Below, piece after piece: positions 1 to 8,857 of a stretch of DNA of 53,912 nt. The notes under the pieces were generated by a model. It was not told the origin of the DNA. It did not search any database and saw only the letters and a program-made list of their open reading frames with translations. The position numbers were made by a program, and so were the translations under genes. How positions within the stretch are numbered: position 1 is the stretch's first letter; every line of letters starts with the position of its first letter. Source of the DNA: Pseudorhizobium sp. (GTDB lineage: Bacteria; Pseudomonadota; Alphaproteobacteria; Rhizobiales; Rhizobiaceae); the NCBI GenBank assembly GCA_035998065.1, contig DASYHX010000351.1, positions 1 to 53,912 of the forward strand, in the 5' to 3' direction.

Positions 1-237
1 TGCATCTACGACGCCGCCAGCCGATACATGGCCGATCATGAGGCCGTGTGGCTCAACCGTGCGGTTAATGATCTTCATAACGCAGGCTATGCGGCTGGGG
101 TTGATAGTCCGCACCGTGACCATGATTATGGTCTCTACACGCTACCCATGGCGAAGGGGGAGGATGCCCTTCACCTTGAACTGGTCGATCTTGTTGTAAG
201 CGCTGCTAAACAGCTGGCCCCTCGACCCTCTCCGTGA
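1..237 (+). CDS. 3' end of a hypothetical protein, truncated by the window start
   Basis: Frame is open from base 1 (CIYDAASRYMADHEAVW...) to TGA at 235-237. No family recognised. Confidence 0.5.
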   Translation, partial: CIYDAASRYMADHEAVWLNRAVNDLHNAGYAAGVDSPHRDHDYGLYTLPMAKGEDALHLELVDLVVSAAKQLAPRPSP

Positions 238-423
238 CGGGTTAGGCTGCGCGATGGTTCATCTTGCACCCGCGTCTCTGCCGGTCTTCTGTACGAACTG
301 AGCCTTTGCACGGTCTCTTCCGGCGGGTATTGCCACCCCCGCCCCAATGGGCAGGATATTGTGGAACTATTTCATTTCGCCTGACCGGCTTCGACGCTAT
401 TTTGCTGGCCCAGACAAGATGGG

Positions 424-2085
424 GTGAAGCATCTGACGCTCGACGGTTTTCTCACGGTCCTCGCACTTCTTGCGGCGCTCTATGCGGTGCTCAGCCCCGT
501 GCAACGGATCAGGCTCTCCATGTCCTGGCGATCGCAACTGATCCTGGCGGTCCCCGCCAGTATCGCGATACTGGCGTTCGAACTGTTCGATCTCAATCCT
601 CCGGCTTGCCCGTCCACTCTCGGCGGCATGTGCCGCTATCTTGAACTGGGGGCCGCAGATCCGGGCGTCCCGCGCAAGTTCGCCTTTCTGATCGCTTTCG
701 CGTGGCTGATCGGCTCGGTCTTCATTCATCGTGCGGCCCGCCCGACATTGCGCAGCCTTCCAGAGCTCACGCAGCTTGCGACGAGCCTTGTCGATGAGGA
801 ACAATATGACGACGCGATCAGGCTGGTCGAGCCGCATCTTGAGCTCATCGCTGTGGCAAGCCGCCGAAGAGCGAAAATCCAGCTGGCTCATGACCGACTG
901 AAAGACTTCGGACCCGTCGACCCGCAGTCGTTCGCAGCGTTCTCAAGGCCGCGCGGCCCGGGCCCGCACCCATATCGAGGCGAGAACCTGCCCGATTGGG
1001 CGGCGCGGCCGGTCCGCGCGCTTGCGACGTTTGTTCCGGCCCATAAGCGCGCAAAGGAAGCCGCGTCGGACATGCTTCAGCTGCTCTTCCACTCAAACAG
1101 GTTGCTCGATCACATTGTCGATCGCCGACCCCACTTCGGTGTCGCACTGGCAAGACTCGATGTTTATGGTTCGACCGAATTTGTAGAGCGCTATCTCACC
1201 CGCCTTATCGCAACACCGGCAAGCGCGCTCTATCAGGAGCTTGCCGGCAACGAAATTTCCGAAAGTCCGATCGGCTACCAGCTTCCGGAGCGCAATCGGC
1301 TGTTGCACTTCCTGTTCTCCAACCCTGAGAACGCAGAGCGCCTGTCTGTCTGGAAGCCCATCGGTGACTATGTAAAGCGGCTCCTCGCTGGCGATGAACG
1401 CCAGGGCTATTGGAGCCACCTGAATGGCGATCCTGGCTGGTTCGAGCGCGAACGGACCAGCGATCCTGTTTGGAGCGCCATGTTTTTCTTCGACATCATG
1501 ATAACCTCGGCCGCAAGGCACGGAATCGAGTATCATATGTGGCTCTACTATCTGCCACGCTTCGCCGGCCTGCTCGAAAATGGCTATGATTCCGATGGTA
1601 GCGGCATCGACAAGGAGGCAGAGTTCCCCACCCGTGCAGCGCGGCTGCTGTATGAGCTTTTCGGCTTCCTTACATCATGGACGACTCTCTATGATCGGCT
1701 GCCCGAAGGCTCGAAGCTACGGCTCATGCCAGACCGACATGATCGGGGCAGCGCGATCCCGCATTCTGCGGCTATCGCGCTCGGCGAAACGCTTGCGATC
1801 GTTATGGCCTCCGAGCGGATCGACGACGGTGTCATTCAGACCCTTCACGACGTTGCACTTCGCGCAATTCGGGAAATCCACGATGATGGGATGCGGGGGT
1901 ATGTGACAGAGGCGATCTTGCGCGGCGGCGAAAACAAGTTCTCCGCGCCGCATCTTGACCGGTTGGCCGATCGCTTCATCCGCATCGACGCTTACGATCA
2001 GCACGAGATGGCCAGTTATGCCGATGTTCTCAATGCCCGTCTCGCCGATACCCCGCGTCCGCGAAGCCAGCGCGCCCCTTTTTAG
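424..2085 (+). CDS. Hypothetical membrane-anchored protein (3 N-terminal TM segments, ~450-aa soluble domain)
   Basis: 553-aa ORF with GTG start. Hydrophobic stretches at about aa 8-24, 39-55 and 86-101. No recognised motif. Confidence 0.75.
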   Translation: MKHLTLDGFLTVLALLAALYAVLSPVQRIRLSMSWRSQLILAVPASIAILAFELFDLNPPACPSTLGGMCRYLELGAADPGVPRKFAFLIAFAWLIGSVFIHRAARPTLRSLPELTQLATSLVDEEQYDDAIRLVEPHLELIAVASRRRAKIQLAHDRLKDFGPVDPQSFAAFSRPRGPGPHPYRGENLPDWAARPVRALATFVPAHKRAKEAASDMLQLLFHSNRLLDHIVDRRPHFGVALARLDVYGSTEFVERYLTRLIATPASALYQELAGNEISESPIGYQLPERNRLLHFLFSNPENAERLSVWKPIGDYVKRLLAGDERQGYWSHLNGDPGWFERERTSDPVWSAMFFFDIMITSAARHGIEYHMWLYYLPRFAGLLENGYDSDGSGIDKEAEFPTRAARLLYELFGFLTSWTTLYDRLPEGSKLRLMPDRHDRGSAIPHSAAIALGETLAIVMASERIDDGVIQTLHDVALRAIREIHDDGMRGYVTEAILRGGENKFSAPHLDRLADRFIRIDAYDQHEMASYADVLNARLADTPRPRSQRAPF

Positions 2086-2166
2086 GCTGCCACGCGAACG
2101 ATTGAGTATCGGATAGTCCTGCGCACGGCATGTGTTTGCGCTACAGAGCGTGGATGGGCAGGGCCG

Positions 2167-2787
2167 TCACGAAAGGCTCATTTCACGTCGTGCCTGGCGG
2201 ATTATCTGCCATCCTCCGGATACGCCAAGGCCTGCCAGTATTACGGCGACTCCCACGTCGGGCCAAGCAGTGCCCGTTCCAAAGACGCCCCAGGCTGCGG
2301 CGACCACCGCCACGTTGCCGATTGCATCGTTCCGGGAGCAGATCCAGACCGAGCGTCGATTGGCATCGCCCGTCCGGTGCCGCCACAGGATGACTGCACA
2401 TATCAGGTTGGCAAGCAGCGCAAGGACGCCGACGCCCCCCATGGTCCCGGCGGCCGGAAGCGTGCCGCGGGTTGCCATCCAAAGCGTGTTTCCAATTACC
2501 CACAAGCCAAGCAGCAGAAGCGTAGTGCCCTTGGCGAGGGCAGCACGGGATCGCCAATAAAGAGCAAGGCCAGCGACGCCAAGGCTGATCGCATAATTGG
2601 CAGTATCGCCAAGAAAATCGAGGGCATCGGCCTTAAGGGAGGCAGAGCCGGCACTTACCCCCGCAACGATCTCGATGCAGAACATTCCGCCATTGATCGC
2701 AAGGGCTACCCAAAGCACGCGGCGCCAACTCGCGTCTTCGATTTTGAAAGAGTTATCCTGCGACGCGCCGCAGCAACCACCTGCCAT
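2167..2787 (-). CDS. Short CDF-family (cation efflux) divalent metal transporter
   Basis: Motifs SASLKADALDFLGD and SRNDAIGN; several TM helices. Start moved to ATG 2787 (MAGGCCG) because GGAG precedes it and the ATG at 2820 lies inside the predicted -10 box. Confidence 0.88.
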   Translation of the reverse strand: MAGGCCGASQDNSFKIEDASWRRVLWVALAINGGMFCIEIVAGVSAGSASLKADALDFLGDTANYAISLGVAGLALYWRSRAALAKGTTLLLLGLWVIGNTLWMATRGTLPAAGTMGGVGVLALLANLICAVILWRHRTGDANRRSVWICSRNDAIGNVAVVAAAWGVFGTGTAWPDVGVAVILAGLGVSGGWQIIRQARREMSLS

Positions 2788-2817
2788 TTGCCATCTCCAA
2801 ACCGAAGGATGGCACCC

Positions 2818-2848
2818 CATATAAACCCTGTAGGCACTACAGGGTCAA
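2818..2848 (-). promoter_or_regulatory. MerR-type promoter/operator (CadR/PbrR-like) driving the CDF gene
   Basis: Minus strand reads TTGACC-19 bp-TATATG. Perfect dyad ACCCTGTAG-N3-CTACAGGGT at 2825-2845. A 19-bp spacer with an internal dyad is the hallmark of MerR-family promoters. Confidence 0.88.
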
Positions 2849-2852
2849 GACT

Positions 2853-3254
2853 ATGGCATTCACAATCGGCGAGATCGGTAAAGCGACAGGGACGAACATC
2901 GAGACCGTTCGCTACTATGAGCGCATAGGCCTGCTGGCGAGGCCAAATCGCGGCGCGAACAATTATCGCAGTTATGGCCAGGACGCGCTTGACCGCCTTT
3001 CTTTCATTCGCCGATCCCGCGATCTGGGATTTTCGCTTGAACAGGTTCGGGCGCTTCTCGGCCTATCCGACGATCGGACCCACGATTGTGCGGAGGTTGA
3101 CAGGATTGCCAGGGCGCATCTGGTTGAGGTCGAACGTAAGATTGAAGATCTCACGGTCCTAGGACGGGAACTGAGGGCAGTGATCGACTCCTGCGATGGG
3201 GGCATAGTCGCTCATTGCCGGATCATCGAAGCACTCGCCCCTCCGGAACGTTGA
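2853..3254 (+). CDS. MerR-family metal-responsive regulator (CadR/PbrR/ZntR-like)
   Basis: MerR HTH (ETVRYYERIGLL, YRSY, RDLGFSLEQV). Cys79 plus two C-terminal Cys fit divalent-metal sensors rather than CueR, which has Ser at that position. Confidence 0.92.
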   Translation: MAFTIGEIGKATGTNIETVRYYERIGLLARPNRGANNYRSYGQDALDRLSFIRRSRDLGFSLEQVRALLGLSDDRTHDCAEVDRIARAHLVEVERKIEDLTVLGRELRAVIDSCDGGIVAHCRIIEALAPPER

Positions 3255-3404
3255 TAGGGTTCGCTCATCTGTGGCTGCTCTGCCGACTGCTAGCGCGTTG
3301 CCCCCGGGGGCGCCGACGATCAGTCGCCTGACGATGCCCTCTTTGAGCACGATGCATTGCCACTGCTGCAGGTGTGCAGCCATCTCTGATTCTTATCCTG
3401 GACA

Positions 3405-4334
3405 TCAGTTCTTTGCAGAACCGTTGGCTGATGTGGGGGGACTGGCGGGTTCAGGATCTCTGGATGCTACTCCGCGCAACCAGGAAGTGAACGATGAGAT
3501 GGCAGCATGTGACTGCGCATTAGCCTGCGAAACGAGAAAAAATCCGCTATCCGCTGCGAGACTGGTACCGAACAATTGCAGTAGTCGGCCCGATGCAATG
3601 TCATCCTCGACGTATAAAGATCCGGCCAAAGTCAGCCCCTGACCAGCGATCGCCGCTTCGACCGCGAGCGCGGTTTGGTTGAATCGTATCGCTTTCTGGT
3701 TTGGAGTGGGCTTAAGGCTTGGAATATTTTCCAGAAAGCGTGGCCATAGATTGTGGGCATCATGCAGTAGCGGGTAATGTTCAAAGTTCGCTATGACTTC
3801 AGGATGCCCGAACTTTTCAATGAGAAGCGGGCTGCCTACCGCGACTATCACGTGGGGTAGCAGCAGATCGGCTGTGACATCAGGTCCGAAGGGTGGTCTT
3901 CCGAGACGAACTGCGACATCCACTCCGTCAGCCTGAAAGTCGGAAATGCGGTCTGTGGCCACGATCCTTACATCGATATCGGGATAGGCGTCTGTAAAAT
4001 CGGCAAGCCTTGGAATTAGCCACTTTGATGCGAAAGTGGGCGTAACGCTAATGGTGACGTGACGGCGACCGGGACGCAGTAGCGACGTAGCTTCCTGAAT
4101 GATGTCGAAGGCCCGTCGAATGTTGGGTTGATAGCCCCGCCCGGCCTCGGTCAACGCAAGCCCGCGCGGATGACGTTCGAACAGGGAGATACCCAATTCT
4201 GCTTCCAGCCCGCGTATCTGCTGTGCGACCGCTCCTTGAGTAACGCCCAGCTCCTCGGCGGCCAGCCTGAAGTTCAAATGACGCGCCGCAGCGTCAAATG
4301 CGCGCAGCGCATTGAGAGGGGGAAGGCGTCTCAT
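3405..4334 (-). CDS. LysR-family regulator, GcvA-like
   Basis: N-terminus RRLPPLNALRAFDAAARHLNFRLAAEELGVTQGAV; KWLIPRL motif. Confidence 0.93.
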   Translation of the reverse strand: MRRLPPLNALRAFDAAARHLNFRLAAEELGVTQGAVAQQIRGLEAELGISLFERHPRGLALTEAGRGYQPNIRRAFDIIQEATSLLRPGRRHVTISVTPTFASKWLIPRLADFTDAYPDIDVRIVATDRISDFQADGVDVAVRLGRPPFGPDVTADLLLPHVIVAVGSPLLIEKFGHPEVIANFEHYPLLHDAHNLWPRFLENIPSLKPTPNQKAIRFNQTALAVEAAIAGQGLTLAGSLYVEDDIASGRLLQLFGTSLAADSGFFLVSQANAQSHAAISSFTSWLRGVASRDPEPASPPTSANGSAKN

Positions 4335-4342
4335 TTTCTTAC

Positions 4343-4357
4343 TGTAGAATTTCTACA
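4343..4357. promoter_or_regulatory. Probable LysR recognition site
   Basis: Perfect palindrome TGTAGAA-T-TTCTACA containing T-N11-A, 9 bp from the LysR start in the divergent intergenic region. Confidence 0.7.
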
Positions 4358-4457
4358 CTCTGAAGGGAAGCGAACTGGTTCGTGATGCTCGTTCATACCC
4401 GATAAGGAAAAGCCCTCTCGATCGCTGGTCGCGTTTTGGCTATGGCAGGAGGTTTGA

Positions 4458-5162
4458 GTGACTGTAGAAAAGGTGGCGGTTGTGACCGCCGGTGGTAGCG
4501 GCATTGGCGCAGCAGCGGCCCGGCGGTTCTCGCGGGACGGGTACAAGGTCGCCATTCTCTCGTCTTCGGGAAAGGGTGAGGCACTTGCAAATGAACTCGG
4601 AGGCTTCGGTCTCACAGGCTCGAACCAGTCGCCTGCTGACATAAAGAAGCTGATCGACGGGGCCGTCGACCGCTGGGGGCGGATCGATGCTCTCGTCAAT
4701 TCGGCTGGGCATGGTCCCAGGGGGCCTGTGCTCGAACTAACCGATGAGGATTGGCATCAAGGCTTGGAAACCTACTTGCTGAACGCGCTCCGACCGACCC
4801 GCCTGGTCGTGCCGATAATGCAGCGCCAGAAGGGCGGGGCAATCATCAACATCTCGTCTGCCTGGGCCTTCGAGCCGACTCCGCAGTTCCCGACATCAAA
4901 TGTCTTCCGGGCCGGGCTCGCCTCACTCGTGAAGATCATTGCTGACACCTATGCGTCCGATAACATCCGGGTAAATAATGTCCTGCCCGGCTGGATCGAC
5001 AGCCTGCCTGAGACAGCCGAGCGCCGCGAGAACGTGCCGCTCGGCCGCTACGGCACACCCGAGGAAATCGCCGCCACCATCGCTTTCCTGGCGTCCGAGG
5101 GCGGCGGGTATATCACTGGCCAGAACATCCGGGTCGATGGCGGCCTGATCCATTCGGTCTGA
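4458..5162 (+). CDS. SDR-family oxidoreductase
   Basis: TAGGSGIG, NSAG, NNVLPG and ITGQNIRVDGG motifs. The YxxxK position reads SxxxR (SNVFR). AGGAGG RBS. Confidence 0.93.
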   Translation: MTVEKVAVVTAGGSGIGAAAARRFSRDGYKVAILSSSGKGEALANELGGFGLTGSNQSPADIKKLIDGAVDRWGRIDALVNSAGHGPRGPVLELTDEDWHQGLETYLLNALRPTRLVVPIMQRQKGGAIINISSAWAFEPTPQFPTSNVFRAGLASLVKIIADTYASDNIRVNNVLPGWIDSLPETAERRENVPLGRYGTPEEIAATIAFLASEGGGYITGQNIRVDGGLIHSV

Positions 5163-5165
5163 GCC

Positions 5166-6338
5166 ATGAACATGAAAAAACTGACGCAACTGGCGGCCAT
5201 CCTTCTGGCCGCCTTCTCGGGACCGACCGCCATGGCGCAAGTCGCACACACCAAACCGCAGGTGCTGGTTCTTATCTATTCGGATACCGGCGGGACCTAT
5301 GCTCTTGCGCGAGAAGTCGCTGCGGGGATCACTGGAGACGGATCGGTCGATGCGACGATCAAGCAGGTCAAGGGCTCGCCAAAATCCGATCTAAAGGATG
5401 TGCCTGTGGCAACCGTGGCGGAGCTCGCCCGCTATGACGGGATTGCCTTCGGCTCTCCGGTCTATTTCGGCAATATCAGCACGCCGATGAGCGAATTTCT
5501 TTCCCAGACCGGCGATCTGTGGTCGGCGCACGCGCTCGAGGGCAAGCCTGCTACCGTGTTCATGTCGGCCGGTAGCGGAGCGGGCAAAGAGCTGGCTTTC
5601 CAGTCGTTCTGGGGAAGCCTTGCGGTTCATGGGATGCTGTTGATGCCCAATGGTATTCGCGGGGTCGAAGGGCTCGACAAGACTGTACCGCAGGGCAATT
5701 CGGTGCTGGGTGCATCCACCCTCGCGTCGCTCAAGAATGTGGAGCGACCAACTCTGGGTGAGCGTCAGATAGCGCGCGACCAGGGCCGGGCCTTCGCACG
5801 CGTTGTATCGGCCTTGAGAGGCGCCCTTCCGGCATCCTCCTCGGAGGTGGCGGCTGTGACTGAGGTTCCAAAGGCTGCCATCACAATCCGCGAGGCGCTC
5901 GCTCGAATGGGTCTGGCTTTGCCGCCGCTGCCCAAACCTGCTGGTAACTATTCCCCGTTCGTGCGCACCGGAAACCTGGTCTTCATCAACCAATATGCCC
6001 TCAAGGACGGCAAAATCCTCCATCCGGGAAAGATCGGCGTGGATGTGACCGACGCGCAGGCAAAGGAGTCCGTGCAGGCGACGATGCTGAACGTTTTATC
6101 CGTGCTCAACGAGGCGGTCGGCGGGGACCTCGGTCGCGTGAAGCAAGCGGTGCAATTGACAGGGGTGTTCAACACGATCGACACCTATGCCGATCACGCC
6201 CGCTTGATGAACACCGCTTCTGATCTCGCGGCCGATCTCCTTGGTGAACGTGGGCACCATGCTCGGATGACGCTGGGCGCAAATTCAGTACCCGGTCAAT
6301 CCCCGGTCGAAATCCAGGCGATCTTCGAGGTCGAGTAA
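5166..6338 (+). CDS. Signal peptide + WrbA-like flavodoxin fused to a RidA/YjgF-family domain
   Basis: Signal peptide ending AMA-Q. Flavodoxin motifs YSDTGGT and YDGIAFGSPVYFGN. RidA-like C-terminus (PKPAGNYSPFVRTGNLVF, HHAR, PVEIQAIFEV). Confidence 0.85.
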   Translation: MNMKKLTQLAAILLAAFSGPTAMAQVAHTKPQVLVLIYSDTGGTYALAREVAAGITGDGSVDATIKQVKGSPKSDLKDVPVATVAELARYDGIAFGSPVYFGNISTPMSEFLSQTGDLWSAHALEGKPATVFMSAGSGAGKELAFQSFWGSLAVHGMLLMPNGIRGVEGLDKTVPQGNSVLGASTLASLKNVERPTLGERQIARDQGRAFARVVSALRGALPASSSEVAAVTEVPKAAITIREALARMGLALPPLPKPAGNYSPFVRTGNLVFINQYALKDGKILHPGKIGVDVTDAQAKESVQATMLNVLSVLNEAVGGDLGRVKQAVQLTGVFNTIDTYADHARLMNTASDLAADLLGERGHHARMTLGANSVPGQSPVEIQAIFEVE

Positions 6339-6399
6339 GTCAGCGGTGCGCCGCGATCAACTCCGCGGACCGCGGCGGGCGGGATGAAAGTGAGAAAGC

Positions 6400-7317
6400 A
6401 TGAACGCGCGTAAGGCCATCGACGGCAAAGCCTTGATCTACATGATTGGCCTGTGCGCTATCTGGGGCATGCAGCAAACGGCAGTAAAACTGGCAGCGCC
6501 CGCTATGCCTGAAATCCTTCAGGTCGCTTTGCGCTCCGGAGTGGCGTTGGTGGTCATTGCCGGAATCGCTGCCGTAAGGCGTGAGACCGGCTGGTTCTTC
6601 AAAGGAACCTGGAAAGCTGGCTCGGTCATAGGTCTGCTCTTTGGCCTGGAATATTTCCTCGTCACGCAGGGACTGCGTTTTACGACCGCCTCACATATCT
6701 CAATCTTCTTATACACATCGCCCATATTTGCGGCGCTCGGTCTCCACATGCGGCTACCCGAAGAGAGGCTTGATGCTGCTCAATGGGTCGGAATTGCCGT
6801 AGCCTTCCTGGGGATCGTCTTCGCATTTGCCGGTCGTGCGGGCGGCGTCAGGATGGATACCGGGTTGATCGGTGACGCTCTGGGGATAGCCGCAGGTGCA
6901 GCATGGGGACTGACCACCATAGCTCTGCGGCTCTCAGCATTATCCAACGCCCCTACGACCATCACAGTCAGCTATCAGCTGGCGGGAGCTTTTTTCTTGT
7001 TGACGATACTCTCATTCGTGCTGGGGCAGGTCAGTTTGACAGCTACACCAATATTGATAGCCAGTATGGCGTTTCAGATAATCATGGTCGGCCTTTTGAG
7101 CTTTCTACTATGGTTCTCCCTGTTGCGCAGATATCTTGCATCGCAGCTTGGGGTATTGTCGTTCATGACGCCGATCTTCGGCATTACGTTTGGGGCGCTG
7201 ATCCTGAATGACCCGTTGGATGGGGGATTTATTGCTGGCGCGGTACTTGTCTTGACAGGAATTTTCTTGGTCGGCAGACGCGATCTTTTTCGGAAGACTT
7301 CTGCAGCAACACCCTGA
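6400..7317 (+). CDS. DMT/EamA-family transporter
   Basis: 305 aa, about 10 TM, with a duplicated EamA pattern. Confidence 0.9.
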   Translation: MNARKAIDGKALIYMIGLCAIWGMQQTAVKLAAPAMPEILQVALRSGVALVVIAGIAAVRRETGWFFKGTWKAGSVIGLLFGLEYFLVTQGLRFTTASHISIFLYTSPIFAALGLHMRLPEERLDAAQWVGIAVAFLGIVFAFAGRAGGVRMDTGLIGDALGIAAGAAWGLTTIALRLSALSNAPTTITVSYQLAGAFFLLTILSFVLGQVSLTATPILIASMAFQIIMVGLLSFLLWFSLLRRYLASQLGVLSFMTPIFGITFGALILNDPLDGGFIAGAVLVLTGIFLVGRRDLFRKTSAATP

Positions 7318-7405
7318 ATATCAGGAAAGCATAAGGGGCCTCGACTTAGCCGTTCTCGAGGGAAGATCCTTTTACGCGATCTTTTGGGCCCTTATCTAAC
7401 GGATG

Positions 7406-7438
7406 GGAGGCGGCTTTTGACGCTCGCAAGCCGCCTCC
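7406..7438. terminator. Hairpin between convergent operons (probable terminator)
   Basis: GGAGGCGGCTT-N11-AAGCCGCCTCC, perfect 11-bp stem, with no strong U-tract. Confidence 0.6.
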
Positions 7439-7458
7439 TACCTTCCCAGTGTCGAAAT

Positions 7459-8841
7459 TCATCGTCGACGCAGAATGATCATCTTCTCATGCGTCATGTC
7501 CTGCATCGTGTAACCAATTCCGCCAGTGCCATAGCCTGAAACACGGCGCCCCGCGAATGGCATCCAGTCGGTTCTGAACGTGGTCGCATCGTTCACCATC
7601 ACTGCTGATGCCTCTAAGCCGTGAGCCGCTGACAAAGCGACGTCGAGGTCTTGAGCGAAGATGCTCGCCTGAAATGCCATCGGCAGCGAATTGGCACGGG
7701 CGAGGGCGTCAGAAAGATCCTTATACCGATATAGCGCCATGACCGGCCCAAATATCTCCTCGCGTGAGACACGTACGTCAGGAGCGGGATCAAGTAAGAT
7801 TGTTGGTTCGAACAGTGTCTTCGAAAGCCGCGTGCCTCCGACAGCTGGGGCAACGCTGCTGGCTACGGCTTCTGCGACCCAATCGGCAACCCGGTCGACC
7901 TCGCGAGGCGTAATCAGTGGCCCGACATCCGTCTTTTCGAACGTGGGATCGCCCGTCTGGAGGGAACTGACCTTTGCTATCAGTCTGTCGGCCATCTCCT
8001 GGAAAATTGCATCATGTACATAGACGCGCTGCGTGGACACACAGACTTGTCCCGCATGATAGAAGCCGCCCCTGACGAGCGGATCCAGAACAGCCTCCAG
8101 ATCAGCGCTTCGATCGATGATAGCCGGCGCGGCGCCTCCATGTTCTAGTGCTGAGCGCACCCCGGGCGCGAGCTTTGAATGCAGGTACCACCCCACCCTG
8201 GCTGATCCGATGAAACTGAGAAATGCAATTCGAGGGCTTGTCGCAAAGCTCTCTGCCAGCGCGGTATCGGCTGTGATCAGAGTTTGGCACCAAGCTTCTG
8301 GTAGTCCCGCCTCATGCACAAGCTTAACAAATTCAAGGCACGACAGAGGGGTGCGATCGGCTGGCTTCACAATGACCGGGCAGCCAGTCGCAATGGCGGG
8401 AACGACCTGATGGACGATCAAGTTCAGCGGATGATTAAATGCCGAAATTGCCGCGACCACCCCGATGGGTTCCTTGGTGGTAAAGGCCCATCGATTGGTC
8501 GATGCCGGAGAGAGTCCCATCGGGATTTCCCTTCCGGCAAATGTGCGCAGCTCATCTGCTGCGTTGCGGACCCCATCCACTGCTCGGACCACTTCAGCGG
8601 CGGCATCTCGCAGCGGCTTTCCGCCTTCACGCGCGATCATCAGCGCAAAAGCGTCTTTCTGACTGTCGAGACTGTCGGCTACTTTACGCAGGATGGCGAT
8701 GCGTTCATGAGGTTCTAGCCAACTCGTCCGGTCTGCAAAAGCTTCCGACGCAGTGCTGAGCTTACGGTCCAGCGACGCTTCGTCGTCAGTTTCAATCTCT
8801 GCGATCAGTTCACGATCAAATGCCTGAAAAACCTGCAGCAT
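7459..8841 (-). CDS. Aldehyde dehydrogenase family protein
   Basis: Motifs FNHPLNL, KPA, FIGSARVG, LEHGG, GQVCVS and EEIFGP. Start set at ATG 8841 (GGAG RBS). Confidence 0.93.
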   Translation of the reverse strand: MLQVFQAFDRELIAEIETDDEASLDRKLSTASEAFADRTSWLEPHERIAILRKVADSLDSQKDAFALMIAREGGKPLRDAAAEVVRAVDGVRNAADELRTFAGREIPMGLSPASTNRWAFTTKEPIGVVAAISAFNHPLNLIVHQVVPAIATGCPVIVKPADRTPLSCLEFVKLVHEAGLPEAWCQTLITADTALAESFATSPRIAFLSFIGSARVGWYLHSKLAPGVRSALEHGGAAPAIIDRSADLEAVLDPLVRGGFYHAGQVCVSTQRVYVHDAIFQEMADRLIAKVSSLQTGDPTFEKTDVGPLITPREVDRVADWVAEAVASSVAPAVGGTRLSKTLFEPTILLDPAPDVRVSREEIFGPVMALYRYKDLSDALARANSLPMAFQASIFAQDLDVALSAAHGLEASAVMVNDATTFRTDWMPFAGRRVSGYGTGGIGYTMQDMTHEKMIILRRR

Positions 8842-8857
8842 GCTCTTCACTCCAGGC

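Noticed and set aside
7331-7395. Imperfect long inverted repeat ATAAGGG...CCCTTAT
   Set aside because: Too short and imperfect to call a MITE or IS end; no target duplication seen.
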